From the NCBI GenBank assembly GCA_003193925.1, contig PSPG01000004.1, positions 1 to 64,000 of the forward strand: DNA of 64,000 nucleotides, in the 5' to 3' direction. A program made the translations under genes and the position numbers. This stretch comes from Candidatus Thalassarchaeum betae (GTDB lineage: Archaea; Thermoplasmatota; Poseidoniia; Poseidoniales; Thalassarchaeaceae). The notes below the pieces were generated by a model. The model had not been told where the DNA came from. It worked only from the letters and a program-made list of their open reading frames with translations, and ran no database searches. Positions 9,080-18,500 of the stretch are shown here, piece by piece (the first letter of the stretch is position 1; each line of letters begins with the position of its first letter).

Positions 9080-10498
9080 ATGCGCGTGATAATCGCAGGC
9101 GCTGGTGAGATCGGTCGTGGCGTGGCCGAAGCTTTGAGGCAGGAGCGCAGAAGCGTCGCCTTGATTGACCCTGACCCTACGGCCATCAACCAGTCCCAGA
9201 TGCTCGATTGCTTGCTGGTCACCGGTAGCGTTCTCTCCCGTGATTCTCTTCTCAGGGCCGGGATTAGCGACGCGGAGATTGTCGTGTTGGCCACCAACGA
9301 CGACGAGACTAATCTGCTAGGATGTGCATTCGCGAAGCGCGTCTACAGCGAGCAGATCGGCGAGAGGACTGCTTCGGGCCTGACCACCATAGCCAAAATA
9401 CGGAATCCGGCGATTTTGGATCCCTCTCGAGGTGCCGGACCCTTGGAGAGTTGGTCGAGAGCCGATCACATAGTCTGTGCCTCCGACGAGATCGTGGAAC
9501 AGCTGGCCGCTGGACTGCTCGCACCTTCGATAGACGAGATCCTTCCCCTCGGAGACACCTCTTGGATAGCCGTGGCTGAGGTCATGCCCGGCTCCCCACT
9601 CATCGGGACGAAGACCGGTTACGTCGGCGATATATTCGTCGGCATCCCGTCCATCTATGCCCTCAGGGTCGAAGGCGAGAAGGGACGCATCGCAACTGGC
9701 TCGGAAATCATCCAAGAGGGGCAGATTCTGGTCTTCGTCTCTAAGTCGACAGATCAGTTCCCGCAGATAACCAGGGCTGTCGGCAAGAAGGACGACGACT
9801 TCCCCGAGAATGCCCAAGTGGCGATCTTCGGGGCCAGCCAGTTCGGCTCCAGACTCGCTAGCCACTATCTCTCCAAGGGCTCTAACGTCATCGTCATCGA
9901 ACCCGATTTAGACGCAGCAAACGAATTGGTGGGTTCGTCGGTTGGCAATAGCAAGAGGCTGGATGTCATTCACGGGGACCCGCAGGACGAGGAGTTGTTG
10001 CGAGAACTCGGAATCGACCAGCACGACATCGCCGTGGCAGCGCTGGATGACGATAACCTGAACATCGCCATCTCGATGCGTGCCAAGGACAAGGGAGTGC
10101 CCCGAACCGGCCTACTGCTCAAGGACAGAGCGTTGGTCGAAGCCGTTCACAGGATCGGCATGACAAGGCCAGTCAGCCGCAGGCTCGTCACCGTGACATC
10201 GATACTGAAGTCAATCCACATGAATGTACCCGGGACCTATCAGGTCATCCCCCCCATCCCCGCTATCATCTCAATCTCCGCCGAAGTAAATTCAGAGCAC
10301 CCCTTCTCCGGGAAGTCTGTCAAGGACGTTGAGAGAAAACTCGGTGCCAGGGTCGTGATGGTGGAGAGGTTCGACGAGTCTGGCTCTGTTATAGTACTCA
10401 ACCCCAATACAGTCGACAGAATCGAAGCGAGTGACAGAATCTACCTCTTCCTTGCCAAAGACGACCTGAAGAAGGTAGAGAGGGCACTGGAGAACTGA
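9080..10498 (+). CDS. trkA: Trk potassium uptake NAD-binding subunit
   Basis: Two RCK-N/RCK-C pairs; IAGAGEIG and IFGASQFG; adjacent to trkH. Confidence 0.92.
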   Translation: MRVIIAGAGEIGRGVAEALRQERRSVALIDPDPTAINQSQMLDCLLVTGSVLSRDSLLRAGISDAEIVVLATNDDETNLLGCAFAKRVYSEQIGERTASGLTTIAKIRNPAILDPSRGAGPLESWSRADHIVCASDEIVEQLAAGLLAPSIDEILPLGDTSWIAVAEVMPGSPLIGTKTGYVGDIFVGIPSIYALRVEGEKGRIATGSEIIQEGQILVFVSKSTDQFPQITRAVGKKDDDFPENAQVAIFGASQFGSRLASHYLSKGSNVIVIEPDLDAANELVGSSVGNSKRLDVIHGDPQDEELLRELGIDQHDIAVAALDDDNLNIAISMRAKDKGVPRTGLLLKDRALVEAVHRIGMTRPVSRRLVTVTSILKSIHMNVPGTYQVIPPIPAIISISAEVNSEHPFSGKSVKDVERKLGARVVMVERFDESGSVIVLNPNTVDRIEASDRIYLFLAKDDLKKVERALEN

Positions 10499-10500
10499 AG

Positions 10501-12084
10501 ATGCGCTGGGACGTTGTCGGTCTCGTACTGGGATGGACGATTCGACTGATTGCCCTACCTCTTCTCGTCGTTGCCACCTACAGTAGCTATCTTGAGGCCG
10601 AGGGCGTCGAATACGCCGCCAAGACCTACCTCCCCTCTTTTGCCCTAGCTCTTATCATAGGCCAGTCACTGGTATCCTTAGCCCGGAATAGGGACGCGGC
10701 CAACAGAGTCAGGGACCGCGAGGCCTTCGCCTCTGTCGCTCTGGGCTGGATCCCGGTTGTCGCCGTCGGCGCTCTGCCCTACTGGCTGGGCGGCATGTTC
10801 TACGGCCCCTTGGAGCTTATGGCGGGTGAAGCGACCTTCCTGGAGATCCTCCGCGGCTTGCTGCACTCGTGGTTCGAGTCCATGTCTGGCTTCACCACCA
10901 CGGGAGCCAGTGTGATCGACCCACTGACCAGTCCAGTCTGCACCGAGTTAGTGGACGATTGCATCGGGAGCCAGAATCGTAGCCTGATCCTATGGCGTTC
11001 CATGACCCAATGGCTCGGCGGAATGGGAGTGATAATGCTTGGACTGCTCATTCTGTCTCGTGTCCTCGGCGGGGGGATGTCCCTTGCCAGGGCTGAGCTG
11101 ACAGGCCCTTCCCTGTCCCGTCTGGGCCCGACCCTGCAGTGGACTGCTCGGCGTCTGTGGATGATCTACGTGGTGCTCACCGTCTTGGAGATGGGACTTC
11201 TCCACTTCCTAGGCGGCATGGGCGTCTTCGATGCGGTCAATTACTCACTGACCACAATGCCCTCGGGAGGATTCGGCACCTCAGATGGCGGAATCATGGG
11301 ATTCGAATCCGCTAGGATCGAAGTCATACTGATGGTCTTCATGTTGTTGACCTGCATCAATTTCAGCCTCCTTCACCTCGTTCTGGCTGGACGGTCCAAG
11401 GATGCCTTGAAGGATGAGGAGCTTCGCACCTACCTGCTGATTCTGTTCGTTGCATGGCTCGCTATGGCATTCAACCTGTATAGGGCGGGCACGAACGGGG
11501 GTACTGAGGAAATGGCTCCCCTCGTGGCTATCAGGCAGGCTTTATTCCAAGCCATATCGATTTCAAGCACCGGCTACTCCAGCGCTGACTTCACCACTTG
11601 GCCGGTATTCAGCCAGTTCGTCCTCCTGCTGCTGATGATAATCGGTGCCTCCGCTGGTTCTACAGGTGGGGGTCTCAAGGTGCTTCGAATCAGGATAGCC
11701 TTCGAGTTGGCTAAGAGGGAGGTGCTGAAGATCATCCAACCTCGCCAAGTCATTGCGATTCGCTTCAACCAGCAGGTCATAGAGGAGAGGAAGATCTGGA
11801 TAGTCCTCGGAATGCTCAGTTCGTGGATGGTTCTGGTGACGGCCTCGATGCTGGCCATCTCATTCCTCGAGCCCTCTCTCGAGATGACCGACGTTTTGTC
11901 CATCTCCATATCCCTGCTGGGTAACACCGGTCCAGCCCTAGGGGCCTTCGGCCCCACGGGCACATGGGCCACTCTGAGCGAGCCCAGTATGATAATCGCC
12001 ACGATGCTGATGTGGCTAGGCCGTCTCGAGCTGCTGACAGTATTGGTCCTGCTCCACCCTAGGACATGGTCCGGTTCTAAGTGA
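10501..12084 (+). CDS. trkH: Trk potassium uptake membrane subunit
   Basis: FESMSGFTTTG, QWLGGMG, GASAGSTGGGLK, GNTGP, GRLEL. Confidence 0.95.
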   Translation: MRWDVVGLVLGWTIRLIALPLLVVATYSSYLEAEGVEYAAKTYLPSFALALIIGQSLVSLARNRDAANRVRDREAFASVALGWIPVVAVGALPYWLGGMFYGPLELMAGEATFLEILRGLLHSWFESMSGFTTTGASVIDPLTSPVCTELVDDCIGSQNRSLILWRSMTQWLGGMGVIMLGLLILSRVLGGGMSLARAELTGPSLSRLGPTLQWTARRLWMIYVVLTVLEMGLLHFLGGMGVFDAVNYSLTTMPSGGFGTSDGGIMGFESARIEVILMVFMLLTCINFSLLHLVLAGRSKDALKDEELRTYLLILFVAWLAMAFNLYRAGTNGGTEEMAPLVAIRQALFQAISISSTGYSSADFTTWPVFSQFVLLLLMIIGASAGSTGGGLKVLRIRIAFELAKREVLKIIQPRQVIAIRFNQQVIEERKIWIVLGMLSSWMVLVTASMLAISFLEPSLEMTDVLSISISLLGNTGPALGAFGPTGTWATLSEPSMIIATMLMWLGRLELLTVLVLLHPRTWSGSK

Positions 12085-13605
12085 TCAGAAGGAGTCCAGG
12101 GAGGACTGCGCGCCGCTCAGTCCTTCCCCACCTGAGTTCGCGTCCGGCTCCTGCGTGTCTGACAGCTCATCAATCTGCAACCCTTGCCCTTCATTCTCCT
12201 CGAATGCCGCGAGGATTTTCTTGGCTTCCCTCCTGCTTCTTGGGATGCCATGCATGGCGAGGTGGTCCTCTCCTCTCAGTCCCAGGTGTTTGGCGACTGC
12301 GAACTCGTCAGGGTCCCCGCCCAGGGTCGAGTCGTGTACGGCCAGTAGGTTGGGCCAGAGGTCCTCCCTGATGGATGCCTTGCTAGTCCCGAGGTCGTCG
12401 GATAGATGCTCGACCACAGTACTCGTCCGCCATGCCTCTGCACCTATGCGAAGGAAGTCAGGGTAAGCTAGGAAAGGATCTGTCCCGGTGTCGATGGGAG
12501 CATGGGCGACGGCTGCTTGAGCAGACAGTGCCGAGCCCCAGTACCAGGATCTGAAGGCTCTGTTGGTGAATTTGGTGGCTAGTGATCTGTCGGCCTTGCA
12601 CATGGCCGGGCTGATGGCTGCGAGTACGTCCGAATCGAACAGGGTCTGGTTGTTCCACGCGAACCAGGCAATCATCTCGTCAGGATTCTTGTCCGATGCC
12701 ATCAGGATACGCCCCGCTTGCTTACCGGACCGGCTATTGTAGACGTCACGTAGGGCCCTGAACACATCGATCTGCGAATCTCTTCTAGCCACTGCAGCCA
12801 GATCCTCAACAGCCGATATTCCGATGTGTCCCTCACTGAGTACGCATACTGCCTGCAGGTCCCTCACCAAGGCCCGCAAATCCCCCGGATTGCCGTCTAT
12901 TAGGGCTTCTAGGGCCTCTGGGTCCATGTTCCTGCCCTCGGCATCGAGGACCCGGTGCGCGACGCGCCTGAGGTGCAGTTTCCCAACCCTACTGAAGTTG
13001 ACTAACTCAGCCAGCCTTAGGAGCCTGTCCCTGTTCCTCCTCCAGCTCCTGCCTCGGCCCCACAGCCTCATCGGGTCATTGCAGGTCATGATGACGGGCT
13101 GCTGGGTAAGATTAAGCAGATTCAGCAGTTCTGCTTTCCCGCCCGAATCCCCCTTGAGCACAAGGGCGTCTTCCTCGAGATTCATCACGTTGTCCACTCT
13201 TTCGTCGGAGATCTTGGCGAAGCCACCGCTCAGATGGTCGACTTCATCGAGCAAGATCAGAGTCCTGCCACTGGGAATCCCGTCCCCGGAGAACTGGTCG
13301 AGCGAGATGTGCTGGGAGCCCTGTGTTGCAGATCTCCTGATAGCAGCCGCGTTCCTCTCCCCGGAAGCGTTCAGCTCTATCATCGTCCAGCCTCTCTCGA
13401 GGGCTGCTGCTCGAGCCAGTGTTGTCTTGCCGACTCCGGATGGGCCGGAGAGCAGTAATCCGCGCTTCTCAGGAGGTTTGCCGCCCTCCCATTGATCGAG
13501 CCAGTGCCTGATCTTCCTGAGCTTTGATTCGTTGCCCTCCATCAGGCCCAGGGTCTCTGGACGGTGCCTCTCGGTCCAATCTTCTGGCTCTCGCTGTCCT
13601 ACCAC
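12085..13605 (-). CDS. rfcL: Replication factor C large subunit
   Basis: WTERHRP, GPSGVGKTT, IELNASGER, LLDEVD, GDLRAL; C-terminal PIP-box-like QSSLDSF. Confidence 0.92.
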   Translation of the reverse strand: MVGQREPEDWTERHRPETLGLMEGNESKLRKIRHWLDQWEGGKPPEKRGLLLSGPSGVGKTTLARAAALERGWTMIELNASGERNAAAIRRSATQGSQHISLDQFSGDGIPSGRTLILLDEVDHLSGGFAKISDERVDNVMNLEEDALVLKGDSGGKAELLNLLNLTQQPVIMTCNDPMRLWGRGRSWRRNRDRLLRLAELVNFSRVGKLHLRRVAHRVLDAEGRNMDPEALEALIDGNPGDLRALVRDLQAVCVLSEGHIGISAVEDLAAVARRDSQIDVFRALRDVYNSRSGKQAGRILMASDKNPDEMIAWFAWNNQTLFDSDVLAAISPAMCKADRSLATKFTNRAFRSWYWGSALSAQAAVAHAPIDTGTDPFLAYPDFLRIGAEAWRTSTVVEHLSDDLGTSKASIREDLWPNLLAVHDSTLGGDPDEFAVAKHLGLRGEDHLAMHGIPRSRREAKKILAAFEENEGQGLQIDELSDTQEPDANSGGEGLSGAQSSLDSF

Positions 13606-13643
13606 GGTAGAGGGTCGTAACGAGGCCCCATGAAGATTGGCTG

Positions 13644-15356
13644 TCAGAACAGCGAGGAGACCTCACCCGAAGCGAGTCTGGACAGCACTTCATCTACCGA
13701 CGCCCTGATCTGTTCCTGGTCATCCCTGCGCCTCACAGTCACGGTTCCGTCCTCTAAGGTCGTGTGATCCACCGTGATTGCCCAGGGGACCCCAATCTCG
13801 TCCACCCTAGCGTAGCGTCTGCCTATCGACTTGCTAGAGTCAATCTCGCCCCTCACTCCGGGCATCGAGTTCACACTGGCCCACATCTGCCTCGCGATAT
13901 CCCCCATACCGTCCTTGTCGAACAACGGGAGTATCGCTATGTCGAACGGCGCTACTGTCTGGTCGAGGCTCATTATGCTGTACTCCCCTCCCTCCTTCTC
14001 CGTCTCGGTGAATCCGTGGTCGAGGATGTGCCAGATGATTCGGTCGATTCCGAATGCCGGTTCGATGACGTGAGGGGTGAACCACTCTCCGTGCACGGTT
14101 ACTTCCTCGGCTCTCCTAGTGACCATCTCGTTGGTGATCTCGACGCTCGATGCGTCAGCGAGCGAGAGTGTGAAGGGGGTTGAATCGGGAATCTCGCTCA
14201 GTTCCTTCAGAGCGTCCATCACAGCACCAGCCTCATCCTTGAAGACGGGTCCAATCACCGCGCCGATCGGGGCGAGCACGTCTTTGATTTCGGTGCGTGG
14301 TTCGGGATATTGACGCCACCCTCGAAGCAGCTTGGATCCGGAGTGCTGCTCGTGTGAGAGCAGGTCGTGGCAGGTCCGATTCGCTATTCCCACACATTCC
14401 ACCCAGCCGTACTCGCCATGCAGCTCGCAATCCCAGCAGTCATCCGCATAATGCGCCATTTCGGTGCCTGCGTGCTGGCGAAACCTGATACGAGTGGAGT
14501 CGATACCCACTCCAATTAGGAAGTCCCAGGTCCTAGCAAGGAACCAAGCGACGGTGGGGTGTCGGACTATGCCGGAACTGAGGGCCTCGGAGAAGGTCAT
14601 TGCGTGCATTCCGGGATGTGATCCGTCTGGATCCGGAACAAAAGAGACACTTTCCCCCCACGCGCTCAAGTCCGGGCATGGCGGCTCCTCGGGGTCGATG
14701 AAGTACTCGAGCTCAGCCATGTTGAACTCACGGAGCCGAATCATGCCTTGTCGGGGGCTGATTTCGTTTCGGTATCCCTTGCCGGTCTGGATAGCTCCGA
14801 AAGGCAGTCTCTGCCTGAAGTGCCTGAACAGGACGGGGTAGAGCATGAACATGCCCTGCGCAGTCTCAGGCCTCATGTAAGCGACCCTGGCCCCCTTCAT
14901 GGCCCCTATCCTCGTACTGAACATGAGGTTCATCATTCTGACATCGGACCATTTGCTCTCCGAACAGGTAGGGCACTTCACACCCGCGTCGAGGATGGCA
15001 TTGATTGCATCCGCATCCAAGGAGTCCGGGTCCTCGTGCCGGCCATCGGCTAGGTGGTCAGCCCTGAACGCGCTGCCGCAGCCACCGCACTCGGCCATTA
15101 GGTCGTTAAATTCGCTGACGTGGCCGCTGGCCACTAGGATAGGTTCGGGGGTGATGGTCGGAGAGTCAATCTCGACTATGTCTCCGTGACTGGTCCAGTG
15201 GTCAATCCATTTGTCCATAACTCGGCGTAGGATATGGGCTCCAACTGGACCGTAGTCAATCAGCCCGGAAACGCCGCCGTATATCTCAAAGGACGGGAGC
15301 ACTATGCCTCGACGCCTGAGTATTGACGTCAGCCTGTCAACTCTCCTACCGCTCAT
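13644..15356 (-). CDS. glyS: Glycine--tRNA ligase (archaeal/eukaryal alpha2 type)
   Basis: EIYGGVSG, RPETAQG, RNEISPRQGMIRLREF, IEPAFGIDR, SIGRRYARVDEIG. Confidence 0.96.
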   Translation of the reverse strand: MSGRRVDRLTSILRRRGIVLPSFEIYGGVSGLIDYGPVGAHILRRVMDKWIDHWTSHGDIVEIDSPTITPEPILVASGHVSEFNDLMAECGGCGSAFRADHLADGRHEDPDSLDADAINAILDAGVKCPTCSESKWSDVRMMNLMFSTRIGAMKGARVAYMRPETAQGMFMLYPVLFRHFRQRLPFGAIQTGKGYRNEISPRQGMIRLREFNMAELEYFIDPEEPPCPDLSAWGESVSFVPDPDGSHPGMHAMTFSEALSSGIVRHPTVAWFLARTWDFLIGVGIDSTRIRFRQHAGTEMAHYADDCWDCELHGEYGWVECVGIANRTCHDLLSHEQHSGSKLLRGWRQYPEPRTEIKDVLAPIGAVIGPVFKDEAGAVMDALKELSEIPDSTPFTLSLADASSVEITNEMVTRRAEEVTVHGEWFTPHVIEPAFGIDRIIWHILDHGFTETEKEGGEYSIMSLDQTVAPFDIAILPLFDKDGMGDIARQMWASVNSMPGVRGEIDSSKSIGRRYARVDEIGVPWAITVDHTTLEDGTVTVRRRDDQEQIRASVDEVLSRLASGEVSSLF

Positions 15357-15452
15357 GTAACGGCACTTCGACCCTGCATACCGCCTTTCAAGCCATCCTC
15401 ACAAAGCGATTACAGAGAGCGATTCAATTGATGCCCGAATATCGTCGAAGCA

Positions 15453-15490
15453 CCGATTATCGATAATTGGCAGGCCCTACGGGCCTGTTT
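15453..15490. promoter_or_regulatory. Palindrome plus hairpin in the glyS/lhr divergent region
   Basis: ccg-attatcgataat-tgg (perfect 12-bp palindrome core) immediately followed by caggccc-tac-gggcctg-ttt. Confidence 0.4.
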
Positions 15491-15557
15491 ACCCACTGGA
15501 TGGAGAAGCATTCATTTACGGCATGGAGTCCCTTTCTTCCGTAGGATATGCGAAAAA

Positions 15558-18500
15558 ATGCCTGAAATAGAATACATAGAGGATAGGATGGAGACACAAG
15601 AGCTCCTCGACATCCTGTCTCCTCCTGTTCGAAATTGGTTCGTCGACAAGTTCCCCGACTTCACCGAGCCGCAGAAGATCGCCATCCCACGGATTCTGAA
15701 CGGCGAGCACCTTCTACTATGCTCTCCCACTGGCTCGGGAAAGACCCTCACTGCCTTCCTGACTATAATCGACGACCTCGTTCGACGCTCGCTGGACGAC
15801 ACTCTGCCCGATACCGTGCAATGCGTCTACATATCTCCGATCAAGGCCCTGGCGAATGACATACAGAAGAACCTGATTGGCCCTCTGACTGAGATCAAGG
15901 AACGGTTCCTCCCCAGTCGTGCCAAGGACATAAAAATCGGCTTGAGGACCGGGGACACCCCCCAGAACGAGAGGGAGAAGATGCTCAGGCGCCCCCCTCA
16001 CATACTGATCACGACACCCGAATCCCTCGGTTTGATTCTGGCGTCTAAGCGATGGAGGCCCCATCTCAAGGACCTCAAGTGGATGATTATCGACGAGATG
16101 CACTCGCTCGTCCCAACCAAGAGGGGCACTCTTCTCTCCCTCAGTCTCGCTCTGATGGACACGGTGGTCTCTTCGGAAGTCCAGAGAATCGGGATCAGCG
16201 CCACTATGGAACCTCTCGATGACGTGGCGGAGTTCTTGGTCGCCAGTGACCCAAGAGAGAGCGACAAGGAGCCCCAGAGGATCTCCATAGCCAATGTCTC
16301 GGGGAGTAGAGAGATCGACCTCGACATCATCTTGCCAACCGCTAGGTTTTCCTCCATTCCAATCAAGGAAATCCTCGATCATAACATTGACCGGATCAAG
16401 GAACTCGTCGAGGCTCACACCACCACCCTCGTTTTCGTCAACACAAGGAACATGACTGAGACCGTGGTGCAGAGGCTGAAGATCGCAGGGTTGGAGGGAG
16501 TCGAGGGGCACCATGGCTCGATGGACAAGACCATTCGCCTCGATGTCGAGAGTCGTTTGAAGAACGGCTTACTACGAGCCGTAGTCTCGTCTACCAGCCT
16601 CGAGTTGGGGATAGACATCGGCTCGGTCGACTTGGTAATCCAAGTCGGTTCGCCAGGTTCAATATCAACCGCCTTGCAGAGGCTTGGCCGAGCAAGTCAC
16701 CAAGTGGGCGGGATCCCACGGGCTCGCTTCCTGCCGACCTCGCCTCATGACTTGCTGGAGTTGGTCGCCGTCCAGACTGGCATCCTTCGTGGTTCGATGG
16801 ATCTGCTGAAGTTCCCGGAGAACTGCCTCGACGTGCTCGCTCAGTTCATGATCGGCCTCTCGATAATCAGGGAGTGGGACATCGACGAGGGGTACGAGCT
16901 TGTAACTTCCTCGTGGCCTTATCGCTCCCTGCCCTATGAAGACTACATTGAAGTCCTCGACCTGCTAGATGAGGAACGACGAATCTGGGTTGACTGGGAG
17001 GAAAACAGATTCGGAAAGCGCGGCTTCGCGCAGATGATCTACTACACGAACATCGGCACCATAGCACCTGACAACAACTACCTGGTCTTCACCTCCGATG
17101 GCACTCTCGTCGGTCAACTGTCATCCTCTTTCGTCTCGAGTTTACGCTACGGGGACGTCTTCTTGCTCGGTGGCTCCACTTACCGGGTCTCCAGCGTGAG
17201 AGGCACTAGAGTCAACGTCACCTCTGCCACCGGGTACCGTCCCACTATTCCCTCATGGACCGGAGAGGCGATGAGCAGGACCCATGAGTTGAGTCAGGAG
17301 ATTCTGGAGCTGCTGGGACACGTGGCCCTTCGTCAGCGCTTGGGGGATGACGTAAAGCCTCTACTAACAGATGTGCTGGGCCTCAGTCGACCAGTTGCCA
17401 GCGCACTCTCGGAATTCTTCGAGGAGCACTGCGCTACTACCTTCCAGGTGCCGTCCAGAGACAGGATTCTCGTCGAACAGGTGGAAGCCCCCTTGCCCAC
17501 CTACATCGTCACCACTTGCAGAGGGAGGGCGTTCAACATGGCACTGGGCTACCTTTTCGCGGGAATTGCATCCGCAGATGACGTCATCGTGCACGAACTG
17601 TCTTTTGATGAGAATGGGTTCATGGCGAAGCTCAGCCACGAGGTCGAAGTATCGAGGATTCCTGAGATATTCAGGAATGGGAAGAGTGGAGATACCCTCC
17701 AGAGGTTCTTGATGGACTCTCAATTGTTCACGAAGAGGTTCCGCGAAGTCGCTTCGAGGAGTATGCTCAATCCTCGTAGGATTGGTGGTGACGAAGTCAG
17801 TCCGAAGCAGTTTCAGCAGAAAGCCGAACAAATCATGCAGAAGCATCGTAAGATGGACGACTCCATCATAGTCCGCGAGGTGATGAACGAGATTCTGCAC
17901 ACCGACTTGGACATGGAACAACTGGACGATTTCATCTCGAGGATGGATAGCGAGGACGTCCGGATAGTGCATCGGAAGGTGAAGATGCCATCCCCCCTCG
18001 GCATGACTCTATTCATGTCGTCCTTCGAGGACCTGCTCTCTCTGCGAACACGAGCCTTTCTCATCAAGGACGTTGATCCGGAAATCCTTCGTAGGCTGCT
18101 AGGAGCTCGTTCGCTGGCGACCGACCTCGACGAGGGAAAACTCAACGATTACTACCAGTCCAAGGTCTCCGTCCCCCTTAACGCGAACGCGCTTCTGAAA
18201 CTCATGGACATGGGCGGTGGCTTGGAGCCGACGTTGACTAATCCATTGTACAGTGATAAACTCAGTAACATCGATTTCGATGTAATGCAAGGCTGGGTCT
18301 ATGAACTGGCCGAACGAGGGCTGGTAACCAAGATTCGGAATACCGGGCACAAGCAGATTGATGACAAGTGGTTCTCCATGCGCATGGCCGGCGTCCACGG
18401 TACCTTGGGATGCCTAGCTGTGGCCGGTGCAGCAGAGATGGACGATCTCAGGGAACTCTACACCGGGGGTCTGACCTTTGAGATGGGTATGGACTTCGAG

